Shown here piece by piece: positions 34,426-46,785 of a stretch of DNA of 64,000 nucleotides. The translations under genes and the position numbers were made by a program. Source of the stretch: Felis catus (lineage: Eukaryota); NCBI RefSeq assembly GCF_018350175.1, contig NC_058373.1, forward strand, positions 102,550,001-102,614,000. The letters are read 5' to 3'. Below the pieces are notes generated by a model, which did no database searches, was not told where the DNA came from, and saw nothing but the letters and a program-made list of their open reading frames with translations. Position 1 is the first letter of the stretch. Every line of letters starts with the position of its first letter.

Positions 34426-37175
34426 AAATACAATGCAATCGCCCCTATTGGGGCCAGATTATTTATTCTCTGACAGGAAGAAGATGGAATTTCAGGGCTG
34501 AAGGGATGTTGGGAAACATTGTTTCACTAGAGGGCGTTCTTTTCTCTCCGTAGATATCTTCTGGTTGGGGAGCAAACAACTTTTGGAATCAGGTAACAAA
34601 GGGGTCCATGCATCCCCTAGCTGTTAAAATAAAAAGTGGATATTTCTCTGTGGCAGAAGACCAAGGGATACTTCCAAAATATAGGATTAGTCACTGTACC
34701 AATTAATGCAAATGCATTTGCACATATTTATACAAGGAGATTCAACCTAACTGTGGCTAAACCAACCGAAAGTGCTTGTACAGTAATCCACATTCATGCT
34801 ATCTTGATGGGTGTTATATGTGAGAAGCAATTTTGCTACCTAGGAAAAATCTGAAAAACAAGGATTTTCATAAATGTTTTTAGGTTTCTTGAAGCCATGT
34901 TAGGAGAGAACATTTTTGATCTGTGGCAATTTTTCTAGATGCAGCCTTCTTTTTGTCTTGGGAGCTGTGGAGGTTCATTGCAATTAATCTCTACATTGAG
35001 CTATAAGTTTCCTGACAGGGATGTTATACACGAGAATATCAAAGTGCACCAGAGCATTGCTTGAAGGTCATTTTGAGGTCAAAACTTAGTGACTTTTTAT
35101 CCCTTCGGTCATCATTTGAAATAAAAAGATCCCACAATAACCCAGCCTTCCCCTTCTCGTTGGATATGCAGCATCAATGCCAGCGTTTGGGAAGGAGCCT
35201 GTGTGATGGCTTAATCAAGGAGGTGATGAAGCATTGTCACAAACAGCCTTCTTAGTCACCCTAGCCGCAGCTCACCGTTCTCAGTCCCCTGAAAATCTTG
35301 AATGATAACGTCACCACTGTTCCCCCTTAATGACACTAGTGCATTTCTTCTCAGGTGGTACTGTGCACCGAATGTAAAAGAGACCTGCTGTATTGTCATT
35401 TTCCCAGGAAAATGGCTCGATCTCATGTAAAATTAAAGCCAAGAATGAAAATTTCACAAGTTCCTTTTCTCGTTTTGATGAATCCTTATTCTCTTCTCTC
35501 TGTATGGACATCTACCGTGAGAGGGTTTCTACAATAAAGAACACGTTATTTTTAAAAGCATATTGTAAATAAGAAGGATTATTTATGGGCACACTTTTGG
35601 CTGTTGTTCCATGAAAATGGAACGGAGTCCATCAGCACTGAGTCTGGGCAGGAGAGAGTTGCTTTATCATTTGTCACACTGAATTCATCCAGGGCAGTCC
35701 CATCCCAGAGGACAACTGCCGGCCCCCTGCCATGCACAGCAGCTCAGGGTTTACAGAATTTGCTCAGCAAAGTACATATACGGATTTCGGCTTCAGTCTT
35801 CTCACTGAACTAAACTTTGTACGTGCCTGCACTTGTATACTACATAATTAGAGTCAAGTTGGGAGTGAATTTCCAATACCGTCTTCCCCACCCCGAGAAT
35901 TAACATTTAAAATCTTAATTCGGATAGGCATTCTCAGGAAACTTGGAACACGTTTGCATTTATTAGGTAAAAAAGTAAACTTCTGAGATCGTGGCTGTTT
36001 GCTCATCTGTGAATGCTCGGCCTCTATGTTTCTAACCTGGGAAATGCAAGGAGACTGTTATTTTCTTCAGTACTTCCGTGTCAAGTGGGCCTCATTTTTG
36101 CAGTTGTGGAGAGAGAAAATCTGCCTTTCCTGTTGAGCAGATGCATATTAGGAGGCAGGGAGTACAGTGTGTTAAGAGCCAGAATTTGAGAGTTAGAACT
36201 TTGTTCAAATCTTTGCCTAATCACGCACAAGGATTGTGACTTCTAGGCAGGTTACTCGACATCTGTTAACATCACTTTCTCCCCCTGTGAAATGGAGCTA
36301 ACCCTAAAGTCATGGTAAGTATTACATGAGAGATAATCAGTAGAGCACGGAGTACAGTGCCCGGTCAGTGTGGTGGGGTTGCTAGAATATTACCTGCAGC
36401 CACGTGGGGGTGACTTTTAGCCCTCATTGGTAATAGTGAAAATCTTCTGGAAAACTTCAGAGGATTCTAAAACAAAAGTCAGAACCATACGTCAAGAGAC
36501 TTTAGGAGGCAACTTTATAAGGTAGCCCCTGGGATTATGTGGGGGAGAGAATGCTGTGGGTGCAGTTGCACTGAAAGCTTCCACAGCCCCTGAGAGGCTC
36601 TCGAGGGAAGCAACCTTTGGGAGCAAGCTGGAGGCTGAGGTGAGTCAGCACACCTACCCAGTTCCTGAGAGAAGGCTCCCTAGGGCCACTGAGTCACTCT
36701 TTCCTTAAACCAGGAGTCAGCCCCTCCTCCACCCTTTTTTTCTTTCTATTTCAGAGTGAAGTTAATGCTAAGAGGTATAATGGGAATAATAAAATATAAT
36801 TACCATGATGACAAATCTGCAAACGATGTTCCTTGTGAAAATGAATTCTCCTTTGGATATGCTGTGCTTCCTCAGAAAGGCCACTGAGTGGTGTCTCTGC
36901 AAGTTGTGCTTCGTGTAAGTCTGAGGCAGTAACTGTTGGCAGAAACGTCTTAGCAGTGACCAAGAAGAGACTCTCCGTCTTTGGGGACGATACCACTGCT
37001 GACAGAGAATTGGGCAGGGGACTCACTCCCTTTGGAACATTTCCAGACAGGTGTCTGCGTTGAGCATTTTATTTCAAGACAACTTATCTGTCATCCCCCC
37101 CACACCATGGTCACTCATCCAATACTCTGTGCAAGACCCTCCTTAGACACCATAAACGATGCAGAGATATCAGTC

Positions 37176-37394
37176 TTTTTTCTTTTTAATGTTTATTTAT
37201 TTATTTTTGAGACAGAGAGTGAGATAGAGAGTGAGCAGGCGAGGAGAAGAGGGAGAAGGAGACAGAATCCCAAGCAGGCTTCGTGCTGTCATCACAGAGC
37301 CCGATGTGGGGCTCAAACCCCCGAACTGTGAGATTATGACCTGAGCTGAAACCAAGAGTTGGACGCTTAACTGACTGAACCACCCAGGTGCCCC
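37176..37394 (-). mobile_element. Can-SINE
   Basis: TSD AGAGATRYCAGTCTTT. Confidence 0.92.
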
Positions 37395-37779
37395 AGAGAT
37401 GCCAGTCTTTATAAGCAACTTACAACATGGTAAGGAAGATGATAGCAACAATAATAATAAGGATAGTGATAATAACGGCACTCAGTGATGATTTACTTAG
37501 CCCAGGTACTCTTCAAGTTCCTTGAAACCCCTTTTTTATCAAAACAATGCTGTAAGTAGGTGTAATGATCATCTCAGGTTCAAAGATGAGGGGACTGAGG
37601 CCTGGGGAGGTTAGGGAACACACTCAAAGGTGAGCCCTACATACAAACACACAATAACACCAAGCAGAATTCAGTTCAATGTCCTGGCAGTTTATGGGAG
37701 GGAAAGATCACTTCCTGTGCATGGGCATCAGGGCATACTTCCAGAGAAGGTAGGAGAAACAAAGTCTTGAAGGGGGTAG

Positions 37780-38222
37780 GGCATTGAATTGTGGCCCCTC
37801 CAAAAGATACGCCCTCCCCAAACCTGTGAATGTGACCTTATTTGAAAAAGTTATTGTAGATGTAATTATGTTAAGGAACTCAAAATGAGGTCACCCTGGA
37901 CAGAGGGTGGGGCCTAAAGCCAATGATAGGTGTCCTTATAAAAGAAGGACAGAGAGAGATGCCAGGCTCAGACACAGAAAGAGAAGGCCACATGAAGCTG
38001 AAGGGCAGAGATTGACAGCTCTAAGCCGAGAAACGCCAAGGATACGGGCAGGCATCGAAAACTACGAGCGAGGCAGGGAACAGGTTCTCTCTCAGAGCCT
38101 CCTGCAAGAACCAACCTTGCCAGCATCTTGGTTTTGGACTTGTGGCTTCCGGGACCGTGAGAAAATTAATTTCTATTGTTTTAAGCCACCCAGTGTGTGG
38201 TAATTTGTTATGGCAGCCCTGG
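37780..38222 (+). mobile_element. MLT1-type LTR
   Basis: acctgtgaatgtgaccttatttg...ttttaagccacccagtgtgtggtaatttgttatggcagcc. Confidence 0.8.
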
Positions 38223-41200
38223 GGATGTGAGGGTGTGCGAGAACTGCTCCGAAACGCTGGCTCGAGCAAAGACAGCAAAACGAAAAAATACGGAGGTTTG
38301 AGTGTCTGTTTTGGTTTGCCTGAAGCACAAGGACCCTGAAAGGGAGCTAGCTTTCTGAGGCAAAGGTCACATGATGGAGGCTTTGAATGTCAGGTTGGGA
38401 AATCTAGATAGATTTTCCTTGATGAGCAATAAGGAACTTGATGAGTGCTGTATATTTAGAGAATCAAGGTGTCCCTGAGCTGGCAGGAGGTAATGTGGGC
38501 CTGAATTAGCGCAAGGGCAGTGGGAATGAAGAGAAGGGACAGAGGGAAAGTATCTTGTAGGAATCTAAGACACTTGGCAATCAGCAGATTCTCAATCTGA
38601 CTCCTGCTAAGTGGCTTGATTCACATTTTACCTGCTATTGTTTATGCATCTTTGTCTTCTGGGGATGCCGAACACCCACACTTTAAATGAGCTATCCTAA
38701 GTCTTTTGGCTGCCTGTCAAGTTGGATTATTAACTCGTCCTGGCTTTCTGGCAGTGAAGCTGTGCTCCATGTAGACGACTTTCTTTCCTGGAATCTTAGG
38801 GAACCTTTCTTTTGCCTTCTCTGCCCTGTTCCTCCTATGTGAGCTATGCCTTTAGAAACGGCTTCAGTACCCTTAGTCACCTCTTCTTGGCTCCTGTTCT
38901 GCCTGAGCTGGGCACAGGAGGCAGGGTTTCAGGGCCGCCGCGCTGGCCTCACTCCAGCATTCTGTTACAGATCTCGTCTTAACATTTGATGCTAAGGGTG
39001 ATGTAGAGGCGGCATTGATCAAGCTGTGACATCTGGAACAGATCTTCCAGTCATGTCAGAAGTTGGACATTGCCAGTGCCCTGGAGACCTTTAATGTGGT
39101 CTGAACCTTCAACCCTCATTAGCATCATATTCCTTTCGATAGTTTCCCCAAATCACACTGACTCTCTTCATCTGGCTTTAGAATCCGGAACGAAAGAAAG
39201 GGGAAGAAGAGGAACCAGCCTTTACCCAGGGCTTACTTATCGTGCGAGGCGCTTTGCCTATGTTATCTCATCTCTTCTTCATGTCAGAACCATGAGGCGG
39301 GTGCTATTATCCTCTTTTTACAGATGATGAAATGAAAGCTCAAAGCAATTAGGTCACACGGTGAGTGGTGCGGCCAGGATTCAACCTTGGGACTTTCCCA
39401 GATACCACACTGCCTCCTACGTAGGAGATTATTTTTTGTCAGCTACTAAAATGGTAGAATTCAGTTTCTGGCCTATGTGCGGGATTTCCCTGATGCATGC
39501 TGCCTTTTCACTTTGTGACATGATTTTGGATCATCATGTCTCCCCTGGTCCCTCCTAGAGCCCCGGCACTGACCTAGCACTTCCTGGACATCGGCTTCAA
39601 GAATGTTTGAGAATTTTCTAGGCTGATAAACTTGGGCTGTTTCCCAAAGGAAACTAAAGTGTGTTTTAGCATCAGGTTACAGTCTGCCGTTGTCTGGTTG
39701 CATCTCTAGGTGTCATTGTATGGGAAAGGATGAATAAAATGGGTCCTCTTATGTAGCCTTGATCTCTATGTTGGTTCAGGGAAAAGAAATGGCCTGGATA
39801 CAGCATCACGGTGGTACTGCCTGTAATACCTGTGACGCTAGGACCCCTGTTCCAGCTCTCTAGTTTCCAGACCCAGGCCGATATCCTCAGGACCCAAGGC
39901 CCACCACTCTAACCCCACCTCTCTTCATGCTGCATTTGTCCCACCTTTCTCCTGCTCACTCCCAGGAGGTACTTCTCCCTTCTCTCTGCAATTCAATCCT
40001 AAACTTTGCTCGTGGCTCAGCCCCACATCACTAAGCGTCTCCTGGTCTGCTTTCCATCACTGAGTTCCTGCAGCCAGTTTGCTTCTGTGGTGTTGCTCCC
40101 AGCTTTCTTTCTGATTCTGGGTCTGTGCATTCTCTCTTTAATTGACCATAGCCTCTTAGAGTAGGGAGTTCAGTTTTCCTTTTGGCCTCGCGGTGCCTGG
40201 CAGAATGCTGGGCATTCAATGGGGGCGTTAATTATTGATTGCATCTGTAAATTGCAGACACATTTCTAGAACACAGATTACCTTATAAAATCTGCATTAC
40301 TTTCCTCACTGGGGACAGAATAAAGTGCAATTCCTGAGCATGGAATTAACCCCACCCCCTCAAAAAAAGGAGCAAAATATAAAACAAAACAAAACTCCCC
40401 ATATTTAGTTTCCAAACTATTCTTTCTTCCAGGCTCTGACTAAGCACTGGGTTATCATTGCTCTTACCATTCCCTCAGCTGGAAATATCATTTCCAGATT
40501 TTCTGCCCTGGAAATTCTTCCTACCCTTCAGAGGCCACCTTCTATGTGGAGCCCTCCTTAATCTCCCAAGACACAGTGAAGAGAGTTTTTCTTCTGAATG
40601 CCTGTACCATGTCATGTTCGCCCAGTTTGGCCTGAGTTTTATTTAACTTTGTCCTGTATCTCCTTGTTTCCGTCCCTTCTGGATTGCACTCTGCCTGAGG
40701 AGCAGAAGGCAAAGTTGTTGACTCACCTTTGCATCCAATTAATGCCTAACGTAGGATGAGCAGCCTTTCGTTGAGGCTGGCTGTGCTCGGTGTAATTCCT
40801 GTCTGATAGGAATCAGCAGCAGCTCTAATGCTTTTCAGCAGCTTGCTGGGCTGGAGAGGAGCTAGAAGGGGAGCTAAAACCTAGCAGGGAATGTACCTGC
40901 TCCTTCTTCTGCCACATCCTCCCTGGTGGCAGAGACAGGGTTCTTAGGTCTCCATCTCTGATGCTTAGCTGGCCTTCCTTAGCAACCTCTCCCTGCTAGG
41001 GAAGAAACGGAAATCGTCCCCAAATCAAGTGCACACGTTGCATCAGAGGCAGGGCAGGGCCCCTGTGTCTTATGAGTCAGCAGGCATTAAACCAAGCTCA
41101 TCTCTCCCCCTTACCTCTAAAGCCCACAAAGCAGCAAACTTGTTATCGCTGCACAGGAGATAATGAGCATTAGGCCAAGGACAGGGCAGCCTGGACTGTG

Positions 41201-41670
41201 GCAGGGGCTGCTTTCTTTTTCAGGGATGGTGCAATGAGCCACTTTCTCTCAATCGCCCGTGACTTTTATGCTACTCACTGACAGTGAACCAGAGACACCC
41301 ACTTGACATCATTAGTCGTGTGAGCAAGATGTCAGCCACTAGATGTTTCTAACTTCCCCAGCTTGCTGAGTTCCTCTGGTCTTTTGTGATTTAGTAAAAA
41401 TTGTCTCAGATGCCCAGCCCTTATGCCCAGATACTTTCCAATAGCTCTGAGAATTCTAGCTGGTGAGGTGTATAGAAGGAGTCTGTGTTCCCTCTGCCAC
41501 TAGTCTCTGCACTGCTTTCTTGGCCTCTGTGTTCTGCCTCCTGCACACCCTGTTCCTTCTGCAGATAGTATCTGCTCACTGGACTCCTAACAAACCCTCA
41601 GGCCCCATTATGCCACTATTGTGGCTGTGTGTGCTTCAGACTTCACTGAGGATTTGGGCCATGGAATGCG

Positions 41671-41695
41671 TGTGTGTGTGTGTGTGTGTGTGTGT
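41671..41695. repeat. (TG)n microsatellite
   Basis: Read directly. Confidence 0.95.
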
Positions 41696-41717
41696 ACACA
41701 CACGCATGCCTGTGCAC

Positions 41718-42133
41718 GTAGTTTCCTAGGGCTGTTATAACAAAGTAACACAGAATGGACTAAAAAGCAACTTATTGTCCCACAGGTCTAGAAGCCAGAA
41801 GTCTGAGGCCAAGGGGTCAGCAGGGCCATGCTTCCTCTGAAGGCAGGAGGGAAGGATTTATTTGCAGCCTCTCTCTTAGCTTCTGGTAGTTCCTTGGTTT
41901 ATGGCGATATAATTCCTCTCTACACAGAGTGTTTTCCCTGTGTGTGGGTCTGTATCCAAATTTCTTCTTTTTTAGAAGGACACTAGTCATATGTGAACAG
42001 GGGCCCACCCTTTTCCAGTGTAACCTTGTCTTCGTTGCTACTACCCTATTTCCAAATAAGGTCACATTCTGAGGTCAGAGGTGTTAGGACTTGAGCATGT
42101 GAATTTGGAGGGGATACAGTTCAATCCATAACA
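41718..42133 (-). mobile_element. MLT1-type LTR
   Basis: tagtttcctagggctg...ttccaaataaggtcacattctgagg...ccataaca. Confidence 0.8.
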
Positions 42134-42216
42134 GTGTGTGTGTGTCAAGGCCAGGGGTGTTACCTGACAGAATGGAAGGGCAAAACACTCGCAACTGAAT
42201 ATTTAATCATCTCAGG

Positions 42217-42437
42217 TTTTGTTTTTTTTAATGCTTGTGTGTGAGAGAGAAGAGAGAGTGAGGAGAACGTGAGTGGGGAAGGGGCTGAGAGGGGGAGAGA
42301 GAATCCCAAGCAGGCTCTGTGCCATCAGTGCAGAGTCCAATGCAGGGCTTGATCCCATGACCCCATGACTGCGAGATCATGACCTGAGCTGAAATCAAGA
42401 GTAGGATGCCTAACCGACTCAGCCACCCAGGCACTCC
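42217..42437 (-). mobile_element. Can-SINE
   Basis: Canonical head, degenerate TSD. Confidence 0.88.
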
Positions 42438-43896
42438 TTAACCATCTTGGTTTTAAAAGTTCCTCAGCCATTCCATCCTCTGGGGAACTTCCTGGGGTCC
42501 TCTTCCCCCAGCCTCCTGCCATGTTGCTGGATCCTTTCTGACGTCCTTCTTGGACCTCTCCTTGCTTCCCTGTTTCATCCAGTTATAACTCCAAAAATTA
42601 CTGTGCGTTTCTGAAGCAAAACAGTTTAACTATTTTCCTCTCTCCACAAACCCTCCAGACTTGGCCTATACAGGACCATCCTGATAACTAAAAGCCCCAT
42701 TTGAGATGTTTCTCACAAAGACAGTTCTCTGGCTGAGGGGAAATTCTGTGACCAGCTCTGATAGGAACATTTTTTTATTCCCTTCATCAGTAAATGAAAT
42801 GAAATTATTTATTGATCTAAATATTTTTGTCAACTAGTTTCTATTTATATCTGAGTGCATTAAAAAGTGCTTCCCACCCAAAATGAGAAAAAAAAAAAAA
42901 CAAAACAGAAATAAAGGTGAACGTAGGCTGTGACTCACAGGTGAGGGATGGACAGCTTATTATTCTTCCTTCCACTACAAAACATACTGATAAATGTGAT
43001 AACCTTTTTTCTGCTGGGAAAGGACACGGCTTCAGAGTCCTTCTCTATGGAATTGATTCAGGCCCGTGTTAGGAGTCCAGTAGAGTTGACATGAGGAATG
43101 AAGCCCATGTGCCACCACACTTGTAGACATTGTGTGGAGGGAGTTTATGCTTCTGGTGATGGCTTCTCTCTCTGTTCACTAACAGTTGCCAGTTTGGGGA
43201 AATGAACAGAGTGTGGGGAATGTGATTTCTGTATCAGTCAGCGCGAACTGGGTTATACTGTGGTCATGAACGACCCTTGGATCTTGGTACTTCTTGCTGA
43301 TGTCACATGTCCTTTAGGGTCAGCAGAAGCTCTGCTGTGTCACCTTTATTCAGGGAGACAGGCTGGCAGAGCAGCCTGTATCCGGAACATTGCTGGCCTA
43401 GTGGCAGAAGGAAATAGATCCTGTTGAACCATGCGCTGACTCTTAAAGCTTCTACTTTTAAGTAATGCTTGTCACTTCCACTCACATTTCATTGGCCAAG
43501 GCTAATGTCAGTGACGTAGGCAAGAGTAATCTTCCCTCAGGAATGGAGAGCAAAGACATGAATTCAGTTTACATCAGATACCTCCTTCTTTAATGTTCTT
43601 AAATGTCGCAGAAATGAAGTGAAGGAAAATGGAGACCTTTTCTATTTATCAAATTTTAATGGCTATTCTTTATTCTTCTTACTATATATGGTAGAAATCT
43701 TATTATGAGGTTTAAAGAATAGAAATACACATTAACATCAGGATCTTTCTTATTCAATATCTTTTCTGCAGCTGGGATGTAATTCGTTTTAACAGAAGGC
43801 TGCTTAACGGTCAAAATTAGGTCTATTAACACAGACCAAGATAGTAATCTTAGTGGTTAAATCTGGACTCTAATTATCCAACACAATAGTGTTGTC

Positions 43897-44116
43897 TTTT
43901 TTTTTTTAACATTTATTTATTTTTGAGAGACAGAGTGAGACAGAGCACAAGCGGGAGAGGAGCAGAGAAGACACAGGAAGAAGAAGCCTGAAGAAGGCTC
44001 CAGGCTCCAAACAAGCATTCAGCACAGAGCCCAATGTGGGGCTTGAACCCACAAACCGTGAGATCATAACCTGAGCCAAAGTCAGTCACTCAACCAACTG
44101 AACCACCCAGGCACCC
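43897..44116 (-). mobile_element. Can-SINE
   Basis: TSD AATAGTGTTGTCTTTT. Confidence 0.92.
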
Positions 44117-45212
44117 AAATAGTGTTGTCTTTTATTTACCTTCACAGTGGAATAAGATGAACCCAACAGTACTGCCTCCTGAGCCACAGCCCTCTCAACC
44201 TTTTAGAAATATGTTGTACTCTTATACACACTTACAACAGGAAAATCATCTTTTCATATTGAAATACATTAAGGCAGATATAAAAACAATGATCATATGC
44301 TGTGCGAATTATTCACTTCATCCCATTAATGTAAGAGTTTCAGCATGGGACCTAGAAAGCATCCTTGCTAAAGGATGTTTGGAAGAGCCACTGGCTTAGA
44401 AAAATGTTAATAGATGTTACACGGAGAAAGGTTTAGTAATTCAAGGGTTCAGGGAGTTCTTGGTTAAACATGGTAAACAGGTTTCTGTGATGTAAGACAT
44501 CTCAGAATCTTAAGGATGCATTATTAGTGCCTGAGCCATTTATCTGATAAAACTCTTCAGCACACACTGGGAAACGCTGACTCACAGCTTTCAACCAGTC
44601 CCACTGCAACCACCTTCCAACCTAACTGAAACTCCAATCCTTCCAGCACCTCTGTTTATTTTTAATCAGCAGCCCTCTGATTTCTTTACTTCCCTGTTTA
44701 TCCACCTTAGACTGAATGATTCATCATTTTAGTATCACGCTTGGCCAGTTATCTAAACCCCCTTATCTCTTACTTGTACTCAGCTGGAAAACCCCAACTG
44801 TGGATGAATCCAGCTTTCTGCTTCCTCTGAGCCCTGCTGGAGAAAGCTATAGGACCATGAACCCCAAATAGGCCCCTAATATCTGATAATCCCACCGCAT
44901 TTCCTGTCAGCATACTTCTTACTCTCCCACCTTCTTGTGATACTACTTCAAACTCTTCTTACTTTCTGGGTTGTATAACCACCTCTCTCCATTCCCACCA
45001 CATGCCCTACCGGCCTAGCTCCCTTACAGAGCACAGTGTGCCTGGTGTGCCCAGTCCTGCACCTCCTATAGCTGCCCTCATTCGAGACTCCTTTTCCCCT
45101 GTTGGGATGGTGGATATGTTTCTCCTCCATCAAAGGACAATCCCTCCACTTGTACCTTCATTCCCACACCCTCCCAACTTTCCAAGGACCTTATGCTATC
45201 AATTATACTTTC

Positions 45213-45660
45213 TTTTTTTTTTTTTCTTTTTGAGAGAGAAAGTGCGAGCAGGGGAGAGGGCCAGAGGGGCAGAGAGAGAGAGGGAGAGAGAGAATCTCAA
45301 ACAGGCTCTATGCTCAGCATGAGGCCTAACGCTGGGCTCCATCTCACAACTGTGAGATCATGACCTGAGCCGAAATCAAGAGTCCCACACTTAACTGACT
45401 GAGCCACCCAGGTGCCCCTACTTTCTTTTTTTTTTTTTTTTTTTAATTTTTTTTTCAACGTTTTTATTTATTTTTGGGACAGAGAGAGACAGAGCATGAA
45501 CGGGGGAGGGGCAGAGAGAGAGGGAGACACAGAATCGGAAACAGGCTCCAGGCTCCGAGCCATCAGCCCAGAGCCTGACGCGGGGCTCGAACTCACGGAC
45601 CGCGAGATCGTGACCTGGCTGAAGTCGGACGCTTAACCGACTGCGCCACCCAGGCGCCCC
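45213..45660 (-). mobile_element. Two tandem Can-SINEs (older 45213-45418, young 45426-45660)
   Basis: Two heads. TSD TACTTTCT for the first. The second retains its CpGs. Confidence 0.92.
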
Positions 45661-45754
45661 AATCTTTTTCGTATATACAGTCAGTCTTACTTTTCAACTG
45701 GTCTTGCTCATCAGCCATCAGCTTTTATATTTGCTTGAGTCTTTCCCATTACAG

Positions 45755-45862
45755 GAAGGAAGGGAGGAAGGAAGGAGGGGAGCAAGGAAAGGAGGAAGGA
45801 AGGAAGGAAGGAAGGAAGGAAGGAAGGAAGGAAGGAAGGAAGGAAGGACAGAGGGAAGGAGG
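45755..45862. repeat. (GGAA)n tetranucleotide / polypurine tract
   Basis: Read directly. Pure core at ~45795-45847. Confidence 0.95.
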
Positions 45863-45984
45863 AAATTATATTCAACATTCTATTCTGTTCCAGCTAGTGC
45901 TTCCTCTTCATGGCCAAAAATCTTGCTGTTTCCATTTCCTTTTCTCCCACTCTACTCAATCTGCTCTCATCTATTTTTTCGTAT

Positions 45985-46785
45985 ATTTTAAATTGAGATT
46001 TTAATATACAGAAGGCAGTGTGCACTAGTCTTAAATGTACACAGCTCAATGAAGTTTTGCATATTCATACACCCTATGTAGCTACCACCCAGATCAAGAT
46101 ATAGAGAATTTCCAGGACCAAAAAGTAACAATATCCTCAGTGTTTCATAACTTGATATCTTCACTTCATAATACATCCTGTTCATTCCATGGCAAGATGT
46201 TGAGACTTTCTTGATTTCTTTACTACTGAGTAGTGCTTCATTATGTAGCTGTACCATCATTTATCAATATTCTGCAGATGGACATTTAGATTGATTCCAG
46301 TCTTTTGCTGCTCAAAATAGTGCTTCAATGAAGAGTTTTGTGGGCATGATTTCACATTTCTGCCAGTGTATGTTTGGTACAGATTCTTAGAAGTGGAATT
46401 ACTGAGCCAAAGGTTAAATACATTTGCAGTTTGGCTAGATATTGTCAAATTCCTCTCCACAGAGATTGTACATTAGTATTCCCTCCTGCGCTCTGGAACA
46501 GGACAACATCTGTTTTGTCACAGACTTGCTAACAATACAAGTTTAAAGTTTTTTGAATTTTATATGCTTTTTATTTTCTTGCAGCATGATTGAGATATAA
46601 TTGACATAAAATATACAGCACACAATTTGATGAGTTCTGCCTGTATATGTACAACTATGAAACCATCACTACAAACAAGATAACGAAGACATCCATCTCA
46701 CCCCAAAGTGTCCTCATGCTCCTCTGTAATCCAACTTTTGCTCCCCAGTCCTCTCTCCAAGCCTGAGAGATCTCAGCAATTTTAC
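45985..46785 (-). mobile_element. Ancient L1M 3'-end fragments
   Basis: gatggacatttagattgattccag...agtggaattactgag, and ttgagatataattgacata...gaaaccatcactaca. Confidence 0.7.
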
